64,000 nucleotides of DNA from Dehalococcoidia bacterium. GTDB lineage: Bacteria; Chloroflexota; Dehalococcoidia; UBA2979. The stretch is taken from NCBI GenBank assembly GCA_965219085.1, contig OZ244720.1, forward strand, positions 1,472,001 through 1,536,000. The letters run 5' to 3'. Each line of letters begins with the position of its first letter. Positions within the stretch are counted from its first letter, which is position 1. Positions 36,906 through 47,111 of the stretch are shown here, in pieces. Position numbers and translations under genes: made by a program. The notes beneath the pieces are model-generated. The model worked only from the letters and a program-made list of their open reading frames with translations. It was not told the origin of the DNA and ran no database searches.

Positions 36906-37273
36906 TCGGGGGCGCTGTGAACGCCGCCCGACAGGCGGTGGTTGGCCTTCCGCTTCGCGGCCCCTCGGGCCGCGCTCTGGAAGTGGAGGCCGTGGTGGAC
37001 ACCGGGTTCGACCGCTTCCTCACCTTGCCCCTGGGGGTCGTGAGCGAACTGGCCCTGGCCTTCGCTGGTGTCAGTCGTGTGCTGCTGGCAGATGGCAGCG
37101 GAGCGGCCTTGGACAGCTACGCTGTCACGGTGCTGTGGGACGGCTGGCCCAGGCGCGTCGTCGCATACGTGTCGGACGCCACGCCGCTCGTGGGGATGTC
37201 CCTGCTCGTCGGTCACAGCGTGTGCGTCGATGTCGAGCACGACGGGCGAGTTGTTGTCGAAGCCCTGCGGTAG
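36902..37273 (+). CDS. clan AA (retropepsin-like) aspartic protease
   Basis: AVVDTGF, LADG, PLVGMSLL. Confidence 0.85.
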   Translation: MIGGAVNAARQAVVGLPLRGPSGRALEVEAVVDTGFDRFLTLPLGVVSELALAFAGVSRVLLADGSGAALDSYAVTVLWDGWPRRVVAYVSDATPLVGMSLLVGHSVCVDVEHDGRVVVEALR

Positions 37274-37359
37274 CGATCGACTCGGGCGCACTCCGTGTCT
37301 CGCACGGTCGACAGGCCGGCGGGCCCACGCCTTCGGCCCGGCGCCACAACGGCGCGGGG

Positions 37360-37387
37360 TTGCCCGTCGATCGGGGCGACTTATACT
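37360..37387 (+). promoter_or_regulatory. putative rpsF promoter
   Basis: TTGCCC-16 nt-TATACT. Confidence 0.45.
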
Positions 37388-37539
37388 TGCCTGCGCGAGC
37401 GGGGTGCGCCCGTCACTTCGGGTGCGTCCGGCCGCTGCGTTGCCGGCGGCCCCGCCACCAGGGCCGGAACGCCTCGCAAACGTATCGGAATCGGTCGGGC
37501 TGATGGCCCGTGGGCTGGACAGCCCGGCGAAGGAGACGC

Positions 37540-38181
37540 TTGAACGAGTACGAACTGCTGTACGTGATCAGCCCTCGGCTGTCGGCCGACGACGTTGACG
37601 GCATGGTCGAGCGGGTGGGCGCGCTGATCGAAGGCGCCGGCGGCTCGGTCTCGATGGTCGACAACTGGGGCCGGCGTCGCCTGGCCTACCCCATCCGCCA
37701 CCACTTCGAAGGCACCTACGTCCTCACCTACCTCAACATCCCGGGCGAGCGCGCCGCCGAGTTCGAGCGCGCCCTGAACATCAACGAGGACATCCTCCGC
37801 CACCTGCTCATCGCCGGCGTGCTCCCGGGCTACGGGGGTCCACCGGAACAGGAAGTCGACATGCGTCGCGCCACCGGTGGTCGTCCGTCGTTCGAGGACC
37901 GGCCGCCGGCCGACCCGACGGCCGCTGAGGCCCCGGCGGACGCGCCCGCAGAGGAGACCGAGGCGGCTCCGGCGGAGGCCCCTGCCGCGGAGGCCGAAGC
38001 GCCGGTCGCGGAGGCAGCGGCTGCGGATGCGTCGCCAGCAGAGGCCGAAGCGCCGGTCGCGGAGGCAGCGCCCGCAGCGCCAGCGGCGGAGGCCGCGTCC
38101 GAGGAGACCGAAGCGCCAGCCGCGGAGGCAGCGCCCGCGGAGACCGGGGCGCCTCCGGCGGCCGTCGCCGGTACCGAGTGA
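37540..38181 (+). CDS. rpsF: 30S ribosomal protein S6 with Ala/Glu/Pro tail
   Basis: [24 protein letters not shown]; TTG start after AAGGAG. Confidence 0.95.
   Translation: MNEYELLYVISPRLSADDVDGMVERVGALIEGAGGSVSMVDNWGRRRLAYPIRHHFEGTYVLTYLNIPGERAAEFERALNINEDILRHLLIAGVLPGYGGPPEQEVDMRRATGGRPSFEDRPPADPTAAEAPADAPAEETEAAPAEAPAAEAEAPVAEAAAADASPAEAEAPVAEAAPAAPAAEAASEETEAPAAEAAPAETGAPPAAVAGTE
37987..38139 (+). repeat. imperfect coding repeats ([11 protein letters not shown]) in the S6 tail
   Basis: GAGGCCGAAGCGCCGGTCGCGGAGGCAGCG twice plus a degenerate third copy. Confidence 0.75.
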
Positions 38182-38275
38182 TTCGCCACTTGCCGGTCGC
38201 GCACGGCGGACGCGAGGGCGTTACAGTACGTCGAGAACGCAACCACTCCCCACTGCACCATGGGGGACGTGCGCC

Positions 38276-38695
38276 ATGCTGAACAAGGTGATGATCATCG
38301 GGAATCTGGGTGCGGACCCGGAGATGCGCTACACGGCCAACGGCAGCGCGGTGACCGAGTTCCGCGTCGCCTCCAACCGCCGCTACACCACGCGCGACGG
38401 CGAGGCCCGCGACGAGACGGAGTGGTTCCGCGTCGTGACCTGGAACCGCCTCGCCGAGATCTGCAGCCAGTACCTGTCCAAGGGACGCCAGGTCTACGTC
38501 GAGGGCCGCCTGCGCACCCGCTCCTGGGAGGGCCAGGACGGCGTCACGCGCTACACGACGGAAGTCATCGCCGAGGAGGTCAAGTTCCTCGGCGGCCGGG
38601 GCGACGCTGCGCCGTTCGGGCGCGAGGGCGCGCCGGCCATGGCGGTGGGCGCGGACGCCGAGGGCGACGTCGAACCCGACGACCTGCCGTTCTAG
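38276..38695 (+). CDS. ssb: single-stranded DNA-binding protein
   Basis: [27 protein letters not shown]. Confidence 0.97.
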   Translation: MLNKVMIIGNLGADPEMRYTANGSAVTEFRVASNRRYTTRDGEARDETEWFRVVTWNRLAEICSQYLSKGRQVYVEGRLRTRSWEGQDGVTRYTTEVIAEEVKFLGGRGDAAPFGREGAPAMAVGADAEGDVEPDDLPF

Positions 38696-38742
38696 GCTGA
38701 AGACAGAGCCGCCGGCGAGGGTCGGCGCGCAGGGAGGATTTC

Positions 38743-39150
38743 GTGACGAACGAACCGACGCCGGATACCGCGGCCGCGCCGCCCCGCGACGAGGGTGCGG
38801 CGCGCCCGTTCGACCGCGACGACCGTCCGCCGCGCGGCGACCGTGGTGATCGCCGCGACCGCGGCGACCGCGGACGCCGCTCGGGTGGTGGTGGCGGCGG
38901 CCGGCGCCGGCCGTGCGACTTCTGCCCGCCCGGCACGCGCGTGATCGACTACAAGGACGTTCCGCTGCTGCGCCGCTACCTGAACGACCGCGGCAAGATC
39001 GAGGGGCGTCGGCGCGTGGGCTGCACGGCGAAGTGCCAGCGGCTGCTGGCGCAGGCGGTGAAGCGCGCGCGCCACATGGGGCTGCTGCCGTACACCTCCG
39101 AGCACGTGCGTGTCTCGGGCGTGCCCGCCGGCCGGCCCTCGCGCCGCTAA
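38743..39150 (+). CDS. rpsR: 30S ribosomal protein S18 with RGD-rich N-extension
   Basis: CDFC..IDYKD..GKI..QRLLAQAVKRAR..LLPY. Confidence 0.95.
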   Translation: MTNEPTPDTAAAPPRDEGAARPFDRDDRPPRGDRGDRRDRGDRGRRSGGGGGGRRRPCDFCPPGTRVIDYKDVPLLRRYLNDRGKIEGRRRVGCTAKCQRLLAQAVKRARHMGLLPYTSEHVRVSGVPAGRPSRR

Positions 39151-39210
39151 CGATTCCACCCGGCTCGCAGTCGTCGAGCGCAGCGGCAATCGACGGAGAA
39201 GGAGCCGGGC

Positions 39211-40191
39211 TTGACCGCCTATCGACCGCCGGGCACCTCGCGCCGTGAGCGCGAGGAGCGTGACCGGCGCAGAGAACGGCTTGTCATCGTTGGTGCGGTC
39301 GGCGTCCTTGCCGTCGCGATCCTCGTCGTCCTCGTCGGCCTCTACACCACGCAGTACCAGCCCCCACGCGCGCACGTCCTCAGTGTCGGCGACAGCGACT
39401 ACAGCGCGTCCGCCGTCGCCCGGCGGGCGCTCTACGAGATGCGCTACGGTGACGAGGGCCTCGCCAGCTTCGACACGGCTGTCAGCGAGACCCTCGAGCT
39501 CATCGAGAACACCGAAATCGTGCTCGCGCGCGCACCGGCCCTCGTGGGCGAGGTGTCCGCCGACGAGGTGCGCGCGGACCTGTACGTGCGGCTCGCCCTC
39601 GCGGAAGAGGCCACCGAGAGCGAATTCGCCGAAGCGCTGGCGGAGATGCTGCGAGACTCGCGTCTCTCGCGTGGGGAGCTCGAAGCGATCGTCACCGCGA
39701 ACATCCTCGTCGGGCGGCTGCGCGATGCGTTCGTCGACGCGTACGGCGAAGCGATGCCGCAGGTGCTGCTGTCCCGCATCCGCGTTGCCGACGAGACCGC
39801 GGCCGAGGACATCTTCGCTCAGGTCTCCCGGGGCTCGGACTTCGCGGCACTCGCGGACGAGCGCAACTCGGGGGGCGCGGGCGGCGTGGGTGGCGACATT
39901 GGCTGGTACCCCGTGGCCGCACTCTCGCCCGAGGCGCAGGCGGCGCTCGATGGACTCGAGCCGGGCGCGGTCAGCGCGATCGTGCGCGATGGCCTGTTCT
40001 ACGATGTGTACCTGGTGCGCGAGGGTGACGAGGCGCGCGCGATCGATGAGGATCAGCGCGACTCGCTGGGAGCCGCGCGGTTCCTCGAGTGGCTCGAAGC
40101 CGAGCGCGAGACGGTCGAGGTGGAGCTGGATCTGTCGCCGGGCGAGGAGCGTTGGATCCTCGACCGCCTGATCAGCGACCTCAGGAGCTAG
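39211..40191 (+). CDS. membrane-anchored PpiC/PrsA-like foldase
   Basis: N-terminal TM; FAALA...GGDIGW...LEPGAVS parvulin pattern. Confidence 0.75.
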   Translation: MTAYRPPGTSRREREERDRRRERLVIVGAVGVLAVAILVVLVGLYTTQYQPPRAHVLSVGDSDYSASAVARRALYEMRYGDEGLASFDTAVSETLELIENTEIVLARAPALVGEVSADEVRADLYVRLALAEEATESEFAEALAEMLRDSRLSRGELEAIVTANILVGRLRDAFVDAYGEAMPQVLLSRIRVADETAAEDIFAQVSRGSDFAALADERNSGGAGGVGGDIGWYPVAALSPEAQAALDGLEPGAVSAIVRDGLFYDVYLVREGDEARAIDEDQRDSLGAARFLEWLEAERETVEVELDLSPGEERWILDRLISDLRS

Positions 40192-40217
40192 CGCGTGGCG
40201 GTGTCTGGAGGCAGTCC

Positions 40218-41504
40218 GTGACTGACGCGATAGGCGTTTCGCTGCTGGGCGCGGGCAACGTGGGCGCGGGCGTGATCCGCGCACTCACCGCCGGCGCCGA
40301 CCGCTACGCCGCCGCGGTGGGGCGTCACCTGGAGCTCCGGCACGTGCTCGTGCGCGACACATCGAGGCTGCGCGAGGGCGTGGAGCCGCACCAGCTCACG
40401 ACGGACCTGGACACCGTGCTCGGCGACGACCAGACCTCGATCGTGGTGGAGCTGATGGGCAGCGAGGAGCCTGCGCGCTCGTACATCGCCGAGGCGCTGG
40501 GCTCCGGCCGGCACGTGGTCACCGCCAACAAGGAGGTGATCGCAAAGCACGGCGCGGCGCTGCGCGACCTCGCGGCGGAGGGCGGCGTCCGGCTGCTCTA
40601 CGAGGCTTCGGTGGGCGGCGGCATCCCGATTATCAGCCCGCTCTTCCGCGACCTCCTCGCCAACGACATCACGGCGGTGACCGCCATCATCAACGGCACG
40701 ACGAACTACATGCTGACCGCCATGGCGCAGGACGGCGCCAACTACGCCGATGCCCTGGCTGACGCGCAGCGCCTCGGCTACGCCGAGCCGGACCCGACCG
40801 CCGACGTCGAGGGCCACGACGCGGCCTTCAAGCTCGCGATCCTGTGTGGGCTCGCCTTCCACGTGGAGGTGGGGCCGGAGGAGGTGGTGCAGCGCGGGAT
40901 CACAGAGGTGACCGCGCGCGACATCCGCTACGCCTCGACGCTGGGGTACGCGATCAAGCTCATCGCCGAGGGGCGGCTCGTCGACGGCGAGTTGCTCGCG
41001 TCGGTGCAGCCCACGCTGATCGCCCGCGACGAGCCGCTCTCGAAGGTCGACGGCGTGCTCAATGCCGTGCAGGTCGAGGGTGACCTGGTCGGCCGCGTCG
41101 TGCTCGAGGGGCCCGGCGCCGGATCCGCGCCGACATCGAGCGCGGTGCTGGCGGACGTGCTCGACATCGCGCGTGATATCGTCGCCGAGCGCCGGCCGCC
41201 GCCGCCACAGGCGTACCGCTCGATGCGCGTGCGGTCGCCAGGGGAGCACCACGCGCGGCGTTACGTGCGGATGACCGTGGCCGACCGCCCGGGTGTGCTC
41301 GGCGAGATCGGCAGCGCGCTGGGCGCGCGCGGCGTGAGCATCGCCTCGGTGGTGCAGTTCGAGGTGGACGACGACGAGCGGACGGCTGAGATCGTGCTGA
41401 CGACGCACGCCGGGCCGGGCGCGGCGCTGGAGGCGGCGCTGGATGACATCGCCGCGTCCGAAGTGGTGATCGAGGTCGGCAACGTGCTGGCCATGGCGGG
41501 CTGA
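40218..41504 (+). CDS. hom: homoserine dehydrogenase with ACT domain
   Basis: GAGNVG, VVTANK, EASVGGGIP, NGTTN, GYAEPDP, DRPGVL. Confidence 0.95.
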   Translation: MTDAIGVSLLGAGNVGAGVIRALTAGADRYAAAVGRHLELRHVLVRDTSRLREGVEPHQLTTDLDTVLGDDQTSIVVELMGSEEPARSYIAEALGSGRHVVTANKEVIAKHGAALRDLAAEGGVRLLYEASVGGGIPIISPLFRDLLANDITAVTAIINGTTNYMLTAMAQDGANYADALADAQRLGYAEPDPTADVEGHDAAFKLAILCGLAFHVEVGPEEVVQRGITEVTARDIRYASTLGYAIKLIAEGRLVDGELLASVQPTLIARDEPLSKVDGVLNAVQVEGDLVGRVVLEGPGAGSAPTSSAVLADVLDIARDIVAERRPPPPQAYRSMRVRSPGEHHARRYVRMTVADRPGVLGEIGSALGARGVSIASVVQFEVDDDERTAEIVLTTHAGPGAALEAALDDIAASEVVIEVGNVLAMAG

Positions 41505-41517
41505 GCGGAACGGCGCG

Positions 41518-42501
41518 ATGACCGGTGAACGCGTGACCATCGAGCCGACGGCGGACGCCCCCGACGCCTCGCCGCCGCCTGAAGGCGTGTCGGGCTGGGT
41601 GGAGCGCCAGGTCGCCGGGCTGCGCGCGGACGCCGACCGGCTGCGCCACGAGCTGGACGTGTCGCGTTCCTCGCTGCACGAGGAGCAGCGCACCGTCGCC
41701 GGCCTGCAGAACACGCTCACGTCCATCGAGGAGGGCGTCCGCCGTCACGAGACGGAGCAGCAGATGATGCGCTCCATGCAGCAGCGCATGCAGGCATCCC
41801 TCGAAGGCGTGGAGGCGGTCATCAGCAGACTGAGCGAGCGTATGCAGGCGCTGGAGCAGCGGAGTTGGTCGGCGGACTCGATGCACGGCGGCCGCGGATC
41901 GGGCGCGGGTGCGGACGATGAACCGGTGGTTTCGGGGCGGGTGGAGGAGATCGACAACCGCCTCCGATCCGTCGCGGAACTTGCGATGCAGGGCCGGCAG
42001 GCGAAAGAGCGCCTGGAGCTCGCGCTCCCCGAGATCGGCAACTCGATCAACCAGCTCGACGCAAAGGCGGAGACCCTGCGCACCGAGTTGCGGCGCACCG
42101 GCGACGAGCTCGCGCAGGAACGCGCGCGCCGCGACCGCGAGAACGAACTCCTGGAACTGATCGACCAGCAGCGCTCGACGCGCATCCGCTTGGAGGAGCG
42201 GCTCGCGCTCTACGGCGAGTACCTGGAGGAGGCGCGCGAGCGCCTGGGCGCCGCCGCCGAGGAGCGCGGCGCGCTTGCACGCCAGCTTGCACGCACAGAC
42301 GAGCGGCTGCTCATACTGAGCGAAGCGCTCGACATGCAGCGCGAGGCGGTGGTCGACCATTTCCAGCGGCTGCTCGAGGCCGAACGCGCCGCCAGCGACA
42401 AGCAGGTCGAAGGCATCGAGACACGCCTCCGCGAGGGCCAGCAGTTGCTGACCAGGCTGCGAGAGGCGGGCGACCAGAGGGCCCCGGAGGAACCGTTGTG
42501 A
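41518..42501 (+). CDS. long coiled-coil hypothetical protein
   Basis: Glu/Arg/Leu heptad-rich; GTGA overlap with thrC. Confidence 0.75.
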   Translation: MTGERVTIEPTADAPDASPPPEGVSGWVERQVAGLRADADRLRHELDVSRSSLHEEQRTVAGLQNTLTSIEEGVRRHETEQQMMRSMQQRMQASLEGVEAVISRLSERMQALEQRSWSADSMHGGRGSGAGADDEPVVSGRVEEIDNRLRSVAELAMQGRQAKERLELALPEIGNSINQLDAKAETLRTELRRTGDELAQERARRDRENELLELIDQQRSTRIRLEERLALYGEYLEEARERLGAAAEERGALARQLARTDERLLILSEALDMQREAVVDHFQRLLEAERAASDKQVEGIETRLREGQQLLTRLREAGDQRAPEEPL

Positions 42502-43568
42502 GTGGGACGGGGACCCGCTTCATCCTCGAACGCTACGCCGACTTGCTGCCGGTCACCGATCGCACACCGCGCATCACCCTCGGCGAGGGCGGGACGCCGC
42601 TGGTGCGCTCGCGCAAGCTGGAGCGCGAACTCGGTCTCGAGGCGCTCTACTTCAAGCTCGAGCTCGCCAATCCCACGGGCTCCTTCAAGGACCGCGGGAT
42701 GGTGCTCGCCGCCGCGAAGGCCGCCGAGGACGGCGCCGAGGCGGTGATCTGCGCCTCCACCGGCAACACGTCGGCTTCGATGGCGGCGTACGCGGCGCGC
42801 TACGGGATGCGCGCCTATGTGATCGTCCCGGCGAACCGCGTCGCCATGGGCAAGCTCGCGCAAGCCGTCGCCCACGGCGCCGAGATAGTCACGGTCGATG
42901 GCTCGTTCGACGACGCGCTGCGCGTTGCACGCGCCCTCGCCGACGCCTATCCGGTGGTGCTCCTGAACTCCGTGAACCCGAACCGCATCCAGGGCCAGAA
43001 GACGGCCGCGTTCGAGATCGTCGACGAGCTCGGGGCAGCGCCCGACGTGCTCGCGATCCCCGTCGGCAACGCGGGCAACATCACGGCGTACTGGATGGGC
43101 TTCGTCGAGTACCACCGCCGCGAGCGCGCGGCGACGCGGCCGCGTATGTGGGGCTTCCAGGCGGCAGGCGCCGCGCCGCTGGTCCTCGGCGGACCGGTGG
43201 CGGAGCCCGAGACGGTGGCGACCGCGATCCGCATCGGCAACCCCGCGTCCTGGCAGGGCGCGATCACCGCGCGCGACGAGTCCGGCGGTTCGATCAGCGC
43301 GGTCAGCGACGCTGAAATCCTCGAGGCGTACGAGCGCCTCGCTGCCGACGAGGGTGTGTTCTGCGAGCCCGCGTCGGCGGCTTCGGTCGCCGGGCTGTTC
43401 GCCATGGCGCGGGCGGGAGAGTCGCTTGAGGGGCTGACGGCGGTGTGCGTGATCACGGGGTCGGGGCTGAAGGATCCGGAGACCGCGCTCGGCATCGACG
43501 CGGTGACGCACGAGACACCGGCCGAGGCCGAGGCGGTGGCGTCCGCGCTGGGCTGGCGTGCGCCATAG
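42498..43568 (+). CDS. thrC: threonine synthase
   Basis: NPTGSFKDRG, CASTGNTS, PVGNAGN, EPASAA, TGSGLKD. Confidence 0.95.
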   Translation: MSGTGTRFILERYADLLPVTDRTPRITLGEGGTPLVRSRKLERELGLEALYFKLELANPTGSFKDRGMVLAAAKAAEDGAEAVICASTGNTSASMAAYAARYGMRAYVIVPANRVAMGKLAQAVAHGAEIVTVDGSFDDALRVARALADAYPVVLLNSVNPNRIQGQKTAAFEIVDELGAAPDVLAIPVGNAGNITAYWMGFVEYHRRERAATRPRMWGFQAAGAAPLVLGGPVAEPETVATAIRIGNPASWQGAITARDESGGSISAVSDAEILEAYERLAADEGVFCEPASAASVAGLFAMARAGESLEGLTAVCVITGSGLKDPETALGIDAVTHETPAEAEAVASALGWRAP

Positions 43569-43700
43569 GCGACGGCGCCGTGTACCCCCACGGGGTACGG
43601 GGTCGTGCTACGATCGCTTGTGGCGCCCGATGTGGGCGCATTCCTGCGCGAGTCGGCTGTCGCGTCCGCAGATGGCGCGCGTCGCTGGAAGGGACTTCGT

Positions 43701-44300
43701 GTGACGGCGATCCACCCGTCCCCGTTGACCAGCGGGCGGTTTGATGTCGACGCGGCCGAGGATGCGGTCCGCAGGCTGATCAAGGCGATCGGCGAGGACC
43801 CCGACCGCGAGGGCCTGCGCGAGTCGCCACGGCGCATCGCGGCGATGTACCGCGAGGTCTTCGATGGCCTCGAGCAGGATCCCGCCGCGACTCTGTCGGT
43901 CGGGTTCGAGGAGGGTCACGATGAACTCGTGATCCTGCGCGAGATTCCGTTCCACTCCATGTGCGAGCATCACTTCATGCCGTTCCACGGGCAGGCACAC
44001 GTCGGCTACCTGCCGGACGGGCGGATCGTGGGACTCTCCAAGATCGCGCGCGCCGTCGAGATCTTCGCACGGCGCCCGCAAGTGCAGGAGCGGCTCACGA
44101 ACCAGATCGCGGAATGCATCGAGGAGGTGCTGGACGCGCGCGGCGTGGGCGTGGTCATCGAGGCCGAGCACCTGTGCATGACGGCACGCGGCGTCCGCAA
44201 GCCAGGCGCGAAGATGGTCACATCGTCGATGCGCGGCGCGTTCCGCACCGACGCCAACACCAGGCACGAGTTCCTGGAACTGATCCGTCCGCCGCGCTAG
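43701..44300 (+). CDS. folE: GTP cyclohydrolase I
   Basis: SMCEHH, GLSKIAR, QVQERLT, EHLCM. Confidence 0.95.
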   Translation: MTAIHPSPLTSGRFDVDAAEDAVRRLIKAIGEDPDREGLRESPRRIAAMYREVFDGLEQDPAATLSVGFEEGHDELVILREIPFHSMCEHHFMPFHGQAHVGYLPDGRIVGLSKIARAVEIFARRPQVQERLTNQIAECIEEVLDARGVGVVIEAEHLCMTARGVRKPGAKMVTSSMRGAFRTDANTRHEFLELIRPPR

Positions 44301-44348
44301 ACGCGGCAACCCAGGGTGGGGGACCACGTTGCGGATGATGCTGTCCCG

Positions 44349-45638
44349 ATGACACTCGCGAACGGCATGCACGCGGCAGTCGCGGCGACGGCCCCCGTTC
44401 GCCGCGTCGCGATGATCTCGATGCACACCTCGCCGCTCGCGCCGCTCGGCGGCCGCGAGACCGGCGGGATGAACGTCTACGTGCGCGCCGTCTCGGCCGC
44501 ACTCGCCCGCGCCGGGCTCCGCGTCGACGTGTTCACACGCCGCACCGATCCCTTCTCACCCGAGGTGGAGACCGTCACAGGCGGCGTCCGCCTCATCCAC
44601 GTGCCGGCGGGCCCCGCCGAGCGCGTCGAGAAGGAAGAGATGGACGGCTTCGCCGACGAGTTCGCCTCGGGCGTCCTCGCCTTCGCCGCGAGCGAGGGCG
44701 CGCGATACGACGTCGTGCACTCGCACTACTGGCTGTCCGCCGCCGCGGGCCGGCGGCTCGCCCGAGCCTGGGACGCGCCGCACGTCGCCATGTTCCACAC
44801 GCTCGCCGACGTCAAGCTCGACGTCGGCTACTCCGAGTACGAGCCCGCCGCGCGCGTCGAGGCCGAGCGCACGCTCGTCCACGACGTGGACCGCGTGGTC
44901 GTGGCCACCGAGCACGAGATGCACTTGCTCGGCGAGCTCTACGGCGTCCCCGGCCGCAGGGTCGCCGTCATCCCGCCGGGCGTGGACCGCGAGCGCTTCC
45001 GCCCGCGCGACCGCGCCGCCGCCCGCTCCGAACTCGGCCTCACCGCCGGAGCGCGCATCCTGCTCGCCGCCGGGCGCATCGAGCGCCCGAAGGGCCTCGA
45101 CATGCTGATCGAGGCGTTGGGCGAGATGACGGCGCGTGACGGCGTGCAGTTGCTCATCATCGGCGGCGACGAGCGCTCGCGCGCCGAGGTGGCCCGCCTG
45201 ACCCGCGTTGCCGAGGGCGCCGGCGTGAGCGACCTCGTGCGCTTCGTCGGGTCGGTCACGCACGAGCAGATCGGCACGTACTACAACGCCGCCGACGTGG
45301 TCGTGATGCCGTCGCGCTACGAGTCATTCGGGCTTGTCGCCGCGGAAGCGATGGCGTCCGGCGTGCCGGTCGTCGCCTCGCGCGTGGGCGGGCTCGCCTC
45401 GACGGTCGCGGACGGACGCACGGGGTACCTGATCCCGTGGCGCGACCCGGACCTGTTCGCCGAGAAGCTCGACCTGCTGCTCGACGACGAGGCGCTCCGC
45501 GAGCGACTCGGCGCGAGCGCGGCCGAGGCGATGCGCGTCTACGACTGGCGCTCCGTCGCCGCGCAGCTCGTCGACCTCTACACGCACCTGGTGCGCGACG
45601 CCGTTGCCGTCGCCGCACCGGCCGGCAGCGCCCCGTGA
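44349..45638 (+). CDS. MshA-like GT4 glycosyltransferase
   Basis: SMHTSPL..GGMNVYV, HSHYWLS, FHTLA.VK, ESFGLVA.EA. Confidence 0.88.
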   Translation: MTLANGMHAAVAATAPVRRVAMISMHTSPLAPLGGRETGGMNVYVRAVSAALARAGLRVDVFTRRTDPFSPEVETVTGGVRLIHVPAGPAERVEKEEMDGFADEFASGVLAFAASEGARYDVVHSHYWLSAAAGRRLARAWDAPHVAMFHTLADVKLDVGYSEYEPAARVEAERTLVHDVDRVVVATEHEMHLLGELYGVPGRRVAVIPPGVDRERFRPRDRAAARSELGLTAGARILLAAGRIERPKGLDMLIEALGEMTARDGVQLLIIGGDERSRAEVARLTRVAEGAGVSDLVRFVGSVTHEQIGTYYNAADVVVMPSRYESFGLVAAEAMASGVPVVASRVGGLASTVADGRTGYLIPWRDPDLFAEKLDLLLDDEALRERLGASAAEAMRVYDWRSVAAQLVDLYTHLVRDAVAVAAPAGSAP

Positions 45639-45657
45639 ACCGGGCGAGGCTGTCCGC

Positions 45658-46458
45658 ATGACCCCGGCCGCCGACATCGTGGCCGTTGAGGCGCTCACCG
45701 CGAACATAGAGGAGCGGCGGGCGATGGTGCTGACCGCGCACCCCGACGACAGCGAGTTCATGTGTGGCGGCGCCGTCGCGCTGCTCATCGCCGCGGGCTG
45801 GGCCGTCGACATGCTCATCGCGACCAACGGCAACAAGGGCACGAAGGACCCGCGCCGCACCGCGCAGATGCTCGCCGCCGAGCGCGAGGAGGAGCAGCGC
45901 GAGGCCGCGCGCATCCTGGGCGCGAACGAGCCGATCTTCCTGGGCTTCGGCGACGGCGAGCTGCAGGCCGACGACGAGCTGCGCGGGCTGGTGGTGCGCC
46001 AGCTGCGGCGGCTGCGGCCGATGCTCGTGATCACGTGGGACGGCTTCCGTCCGGGGTTCAATCACCGCGACCACCGCCGCATCGGCCGCGTGACCTACGA
46101 CGCGATCTGGCCCGACACCGATGACCGGCTCTTCTTCCCCGAGCAGATCGAGGACGAGGGGCTGGAGCCGCACCGCCCGCAGATGATGCTGCTGGGCGGC
46201 GCGACCGAGCCCGACGTGTACCTCGACATCGAGCCGGTGCTGGAAACGAAGGTGCGGGCGGTCTCGGCGCACGTCTCGCAGGTGGGCCGCTCGGCTGAGC
46301 AGCTCCTGCAGTTCTGGCGGGAGCGCGCGGAGACCGAGGCGCGGCAGCGTGGCGAGGACGACTCGGGGTTGCCGCGCTACCGCGAGGCGTTCCGGCGTAT
46401 CGAGTGGCCGCGGCAGCCGCGTCGGCGGCCCCGGCTGCGGACACGCGGCGCGCGTTGA
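45658..46458 (+). CDS. PIG-L/LmbE family deacetylase
   Basis: AHPDDSE, R.EE..AA.ILG, HRDH, HVSQ. Confidence 0.9.
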   Translation: MTPAADIVAVEALTANIEERRAMVLTAHPDDSEFMCGGAVALLIAAGWAVDMLIATNGNKGTKDPRRTAQMLAAEREEEQREAARILGANEPIFLGFGDGELQADDELRGLVVRQLRRLRPMLVITWDGFRPGFNHRDHRRIGRVTYDAIWPDTDDRLFFPEQIEDEGLEPHRPQMMLLGGATEPDVYLDIEPVLETKVRAVSAHVSQVGRSAEQLLQFWRERAETEARQRGEDDSGLPRYREAFRRIEWPRQPRRRPRLRTRGAR

Positions 46459-46483
46459 CACTGCCCTAGCTGAAACGTAGCAT
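46455..46483 (+). promoter_or_regulatory. str operon sigma70 promoter
   Basis: TTGACA-17 nt-TAGCAT. Confidence 0.7.
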
Positions 46484-46637
46484 TCCTTGTTGCGCGTTCG
46501 GCGGCGCATACCCTGCGTACGGTCGGTTGGCCGATGCGGGTGAGGACCAGCGGCGGAGCACCGATGGTGCGGGCGCCGCAAGGCTCACACCGCTGCCTGC
46601 TGGCCGTTTCTTGTGCCTCGGAACAGCAGCCGGGACG

Positions 46638-46646
46638 TGTGGATAA
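46638..46646 (-). promoter_or_regulatory. consensus DnaA box in the rpsL leader
   Basis: TGTGGATAA (= TTATCCACA on the minus strand). Confidence 0.45.
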
Positions 46647-46694
46647 ACAGGGCTCGTTCACGAGCCCCATCGAACATCGGATGAGGAAGCCACG

Positions 46695-47108
46695 TTGCCG
46701 ACCATCAATCAGCTGGTTCGCAAGGGCCGTAAGCAGGTCTCCAGGAAGACCAAGGCGCCCGCGCTGCGCTTCAGCTACAACTCGCTCACCAACCGCATGA
46801 CGCGCGGCAAGAAGGGCTCGCCCCAGAAGCGCGGCGTCTGCACCCAGGTGCGCACCGTCACCCCGAAGAAGCCGAACTCCGCACTGCGCAAGGTCTGCCG
46901 CGTACGGCTCACCAACGGTATCGAGGTCACCGCCTACATCCCGGGCGAAGGCCACACGCTGCAGGAGCACTCGGTGGTGCTTGTGCGCGGCGGCCGCGTC
47001 AAGGACCTGCCCGGCGTGCGCTACCACGTGGTGCGCGGCGCGCTCGACGCTACCGGTGTCGAGGGCCGGCGCCGCGGGCGCAGCAAGTACGGGACCCGCA
47101 AGGAGTAG
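46695..47108 (+). CDS. rpsL: 30S ribosomal protein S12
   Basis: [28 protein letters not shown]; TTG start. Confidence 0.98.
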   Translation: MPTINQLVRKGRKQVSRKTKAPALRFSYNSLTNRMTRGKKGSPQKRGVCTQVRTVTPKKPNSALRKVCRVRLTNGIEVTAYIPGEGHTLQEHSVVLVRGGRVKDLPGVRYHVVRGALDATGVEGRRRGRSKYGTRKE

Positions 47109-47111
47109 CCG

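Noticed and set aside
46638-46646. oriC
   Set aside because: Single box, no DUE and no dnaA/dnaN nearby
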